Below, piece after piece: positions 62,004-64,000 of a stretch of 64,000 nt of DNA. The stretch is taken from the sequence record ON529853.1; one strand, 5' to 3'. Each line of letters begins with the position of its first letter. Within the stretch, counting starts at the first letter, position 1. The notes beneath the pieces are model-generated. The model was not told the DNA's origin and did no database searches. It was given only the letters and a program-made list of their open reading frames with translations. Position numbers and translations under genes: made by a program.

Positions 62004-62339
62004 TCACATCGGCTTCAACTTGATCGCCAGCGGCACGCCGTTGATGTTGAATTTGACGACGTCGACGCGCCCCGCACGCACCAGCTTCTGGATCGTCGCC
62101 GCCGAGAAGCTTTTTTCCTTGAAGGCGCCGTCGGCGTCTAGGGGCTGCCCCATCACGTTGTAGAGGCCGAGGCTGTCGCGTTCCATGGAGCGGGAATCGT
62201 GGACCGCCATCATGAGTAGGGCGATTTCGGCGGCGGGGGCCACAGAGCCCTTACGCAGGCCGCCCAGGTAGCGGACGACCCGTTCCCGCTGCTGCGCCTG
62301 CATCTGCTGTCGAAAGGCGATCTGGGACGCCGTGGGCAT
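62004..62339 (-). CDS. hypothetical protein
   Basis: MPTASQIAF..., TGATG coupling. Confidence 0.7.
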   Translation of the reverse strand: MPTASQIAFRQQMQAQQRERVVRYLGGLRKGSVAPAAEIALLMMAVHDSRSMERDSLGLYNVMGQPLDADGAFKEKSFSAATIQKLVRAGRVDVVKFNINGVPLAIKLKPM

Positions 62340-62596
62340 CAGACCCCGCCCTTCATCGCGGCGACATCCAGCACGATCAGGACGCCGGTGTGAACCCGCA
62401 GGCGATCGGAGTTGATGCCGGAGAGGAAGACGGGGGCCTCGTCGGTGCCGGGGCGGATGACACAGTAAGGCTGCTGCCTCAAGCGCGTGGCGTCGGAGGC
62501 GTGCTCGACGATGGTCCAGGCGACCGCTTCGGCGTCCCCGGCGTCGTGACCCAAGCGCGTCAGCCAGCGGGCGCAGTGGGCGTGGAATTGGCGCAT
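62339..62596 (-). CDS. hypothetical protein
   Basis: 85 aa. Confidence 0.7.
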   Translation of the reverse strand: MRQFHAHCARWLTRLGHDAGDAEAVAWTIVEHASDATRLRQQPYCVIRPGTDEAPVFLSGINSDRLRVHTGVLIVLDVAAMKGGV

Positions 62597-62904
62597 CAGC
62601 GGTTTGCTCCCAAAAGCCAGAGCGCCAGCGACGCCATATCGTCATCGTCGGGGATCGAGACCACCCCGGCGGCGAGGTCGGGGCGATAGGTCATGCTGTT
62701 GATCTGCGGATCGACCAGGCCGGCGAGGGTCCAGGCGAACGGAATCCAGGCGTCGCCCGCCGCCGACTTGAAGGCCATGCGATGCTCAACGCCGGCATTG
62801 ACGGTCTTGATCAGGTCCTTACCGTGGACGACATGGCGTCCTTCGCTCAACGGGTGTTTCAGGATGAAGCGCTCCACTTCCTGGAGCAGCATCGGGTCAG
62901 CCAC
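62596..62904 (-). CDS. hypothetical protein
   Basis: GGAG RBS + GTG. Confidence 0.7.
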   Translation of the reverse strand: MADPMLLQEVERFILKHPLSEGRHVVHGKDLIKTVNAGVEHRMAFKSAAGDAWIPFAWTLAGLVDPQINSMTYRPDLAAGVVSIPDDDDMASLALWLLGANR

Positions 62905-62914
62905 GTAAGGTCTC

Positions 62915-63676
62915 CTAGCCGCCGGCAGTCTTGATCGCTTCAGCGAGGGCGGCGGCCTCGAAGTTCGATAGGTCCGGGCCGAGGCGGTCCTGAATGGAGC
63001 GGAGTCCCTCCAGTGTGTCGGCTTGAAGTTGTTTACGGGCGGCGACTTCAAGAGCGTGGATGCGATCGCGCTCTTCGCGGTCCGTCTTGTCCTGGAGCGC
63101 CTTGGCGCGCGCCCGCTCGGCGCTGTCGATCCGCGCCTGTTTCGCCTCGGCGATGATCTGCACCACCGCTGCGGCGTTCGGCAGGCGCCCGGCCTTCAGG
63201 AATCGGGGGACGAAAGACGCGATCTGCTCGCGGCTTTTCCACCCCGGCCAGCCGCTGTCCTCGCTGTCGGCCCATTGACCGTGATCCTGGTCGGGCGCGA
63301 CGTCCCGGCGCCAGGGCGTCAAGGGCGTCAACTTGCCCATGAGGCCGCCGTAGCGTCCCCAGACCGGGAGGTTGTCGCAGTCGGGGTTCGGCGGCGGCGG
63401 CTCCCAGGCGTGGATGAAGCTGTCGCTGTAGGTGTGCGTGCAGCCGTTCGGCACCAGGGCGGTGAAGACCCAGGGCTTGCCGACGCCGATCGGGTAGAAG
63501 GCGAACCCCACCAGATCGTCGCCGACCGTGATCTCCCACTTGGAGCGCTGCTGCGGCGTCAGTTCCGTCCTAAAGCTGACCCCCAGGTCGGGATCGACCT
63601 GGGTGAACACGACCTCAAGGCCGTCGACCGAATAGGTCTCGACCTTGCGCCGGCGCGGCTTGGCGTCGGCGGTCAA
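62915..63676 (-). CDS. hypothetical protein
   Basis: 253 aa. Confidence 0.8.
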   Translation of the reverse strand: MTADAKPRRRKVETYSVDGLEVVFTQVDPDLGVSFRTELTPQQRSKWEITVGDDLVGFAFYPIGVGKPWVFTALVPNGCTHTYSDSFIHAWEPPPPNPDCDNLPVWGRYGGLMGKLTPLTPWRRDVAPDQDHGQWADSEDSGWPGWKSREQIASFVPRFLKAGRLPNAAAVVQIIAEAKQARIDSAERARAKALQDKTDREERDRIHALEVAARKQLQADTLEGLRSIQDRLGPDLSNFEAAALAEAIKTAGG

Positions 63677-63900
63677 TCCAGGTCTTTTTCGTAATCGTAG
63701 GTCGAGGTCGAGTTGCCCTTGGGATCGACCGAGAAGCGCTGCGTGCGGTGTTTGCCCGTCGTGCGGTTGATCGTCTCGATCTCAACGACGGCGTTGTCGC
63801 CGTCCATGTTGTGGCCCAGGTTGGTCAGCACCCAACCGGAGCCGGACGCCCGATTCTTGATCGACTGGATGGCGGTATGTTGGAAGTCGTTCGCGGGCAT
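63673..63900 (-). CDS. hypothetical protein
   Basis: 75 aa. Confidence 0.7.
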   Translation of the reverse strand: MPANDFQHTAIQSIKNRASGSGWVLTNLGHNMDGDNAVVEIETINRTTGKHRTQRFSVDPKGNSTSTYDYEKDLD

Positions 63901-63902
63901 GG

Positions 63903-63956
63903 TCAGAAACTCAGGCAGATGATCAGGAGACAGGTCAAAAGGGGCAGGGCGCGCAT
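63903..63956 (-). CDS. 17-aa hydrophobic micropeptide
   Basis: GGAGGACCCC RBS + MRALPLLTCLLIICLSF. Confidence 0.6.
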   Translation of the reverse strand: MRALPLLTCLLIICLSF

Positions 63957-64000
63957 GGGGTCCTCCATAAAAGTCGTCGGAAGACCCCTACCGCACTGAG

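Noticed and set aside
1-64000. tRNA, rRNA, tmRNA, CRISPR array, integrase/att, transposase, structural genes
   Set aside because: No cloverleaf/T-loop signatures, regular repeat-spacer arrays or matching protein motifs seen by eye (tRNAscan/Infernal not run)

Overview
GC-rich (roughly two-thirds GC by eye) segment of a large lytic dsDNA phage, most likely infecting Caulobacteraceae (phiCbK-like / Caulobacter-Brevundimonas jumbo siphophage type). The host assignment is an inference from the holdfast-anchor-like operon, the GC content and the gene style. The window is an early/accessory region of about 140 mostly short, tightly packed minus-strand ORFs, with no structural, packaging, integrase, tRNA or CRISPR genes. 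Recognisable genes: ParB-like HTH protein, CYTH protein, XRE and RHH regulators, CoaD, PTH2-like hydrolase, an hfaA/hfaB(CsgG)/hfaD-like secretion operon, 2OG-Fe(II) oxygenase-like protein, Thg1, CCA-adding enzyme, RlmN/Cfr-like radical SAM enzyme, DUF4236, HNH nuclease and HAD 5'-nucleotidase. Seventeen copies of a conserved early promoter (TTGAC-N-TTCCTTTAC), plus several variants, divide the region into modules, and in 11 cases the -35 box contains the upstream gene's TGA stop. The most interesting unexplained signals are the phage-borne holdfast-anchor/amyloid secretion operon, a cluster of promoter/terminator-bounded structured non-coding RNAs at 16.9-18.25 kb, a structured RNA next to a coiled-coil gene at 61.0-61.9 kb, a palindromic site array at 15.5 kb, and an RlmN homolog lacking the resolving cysteine. 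Many start codons were re-called by eye from RBS and stop/start overlaps.
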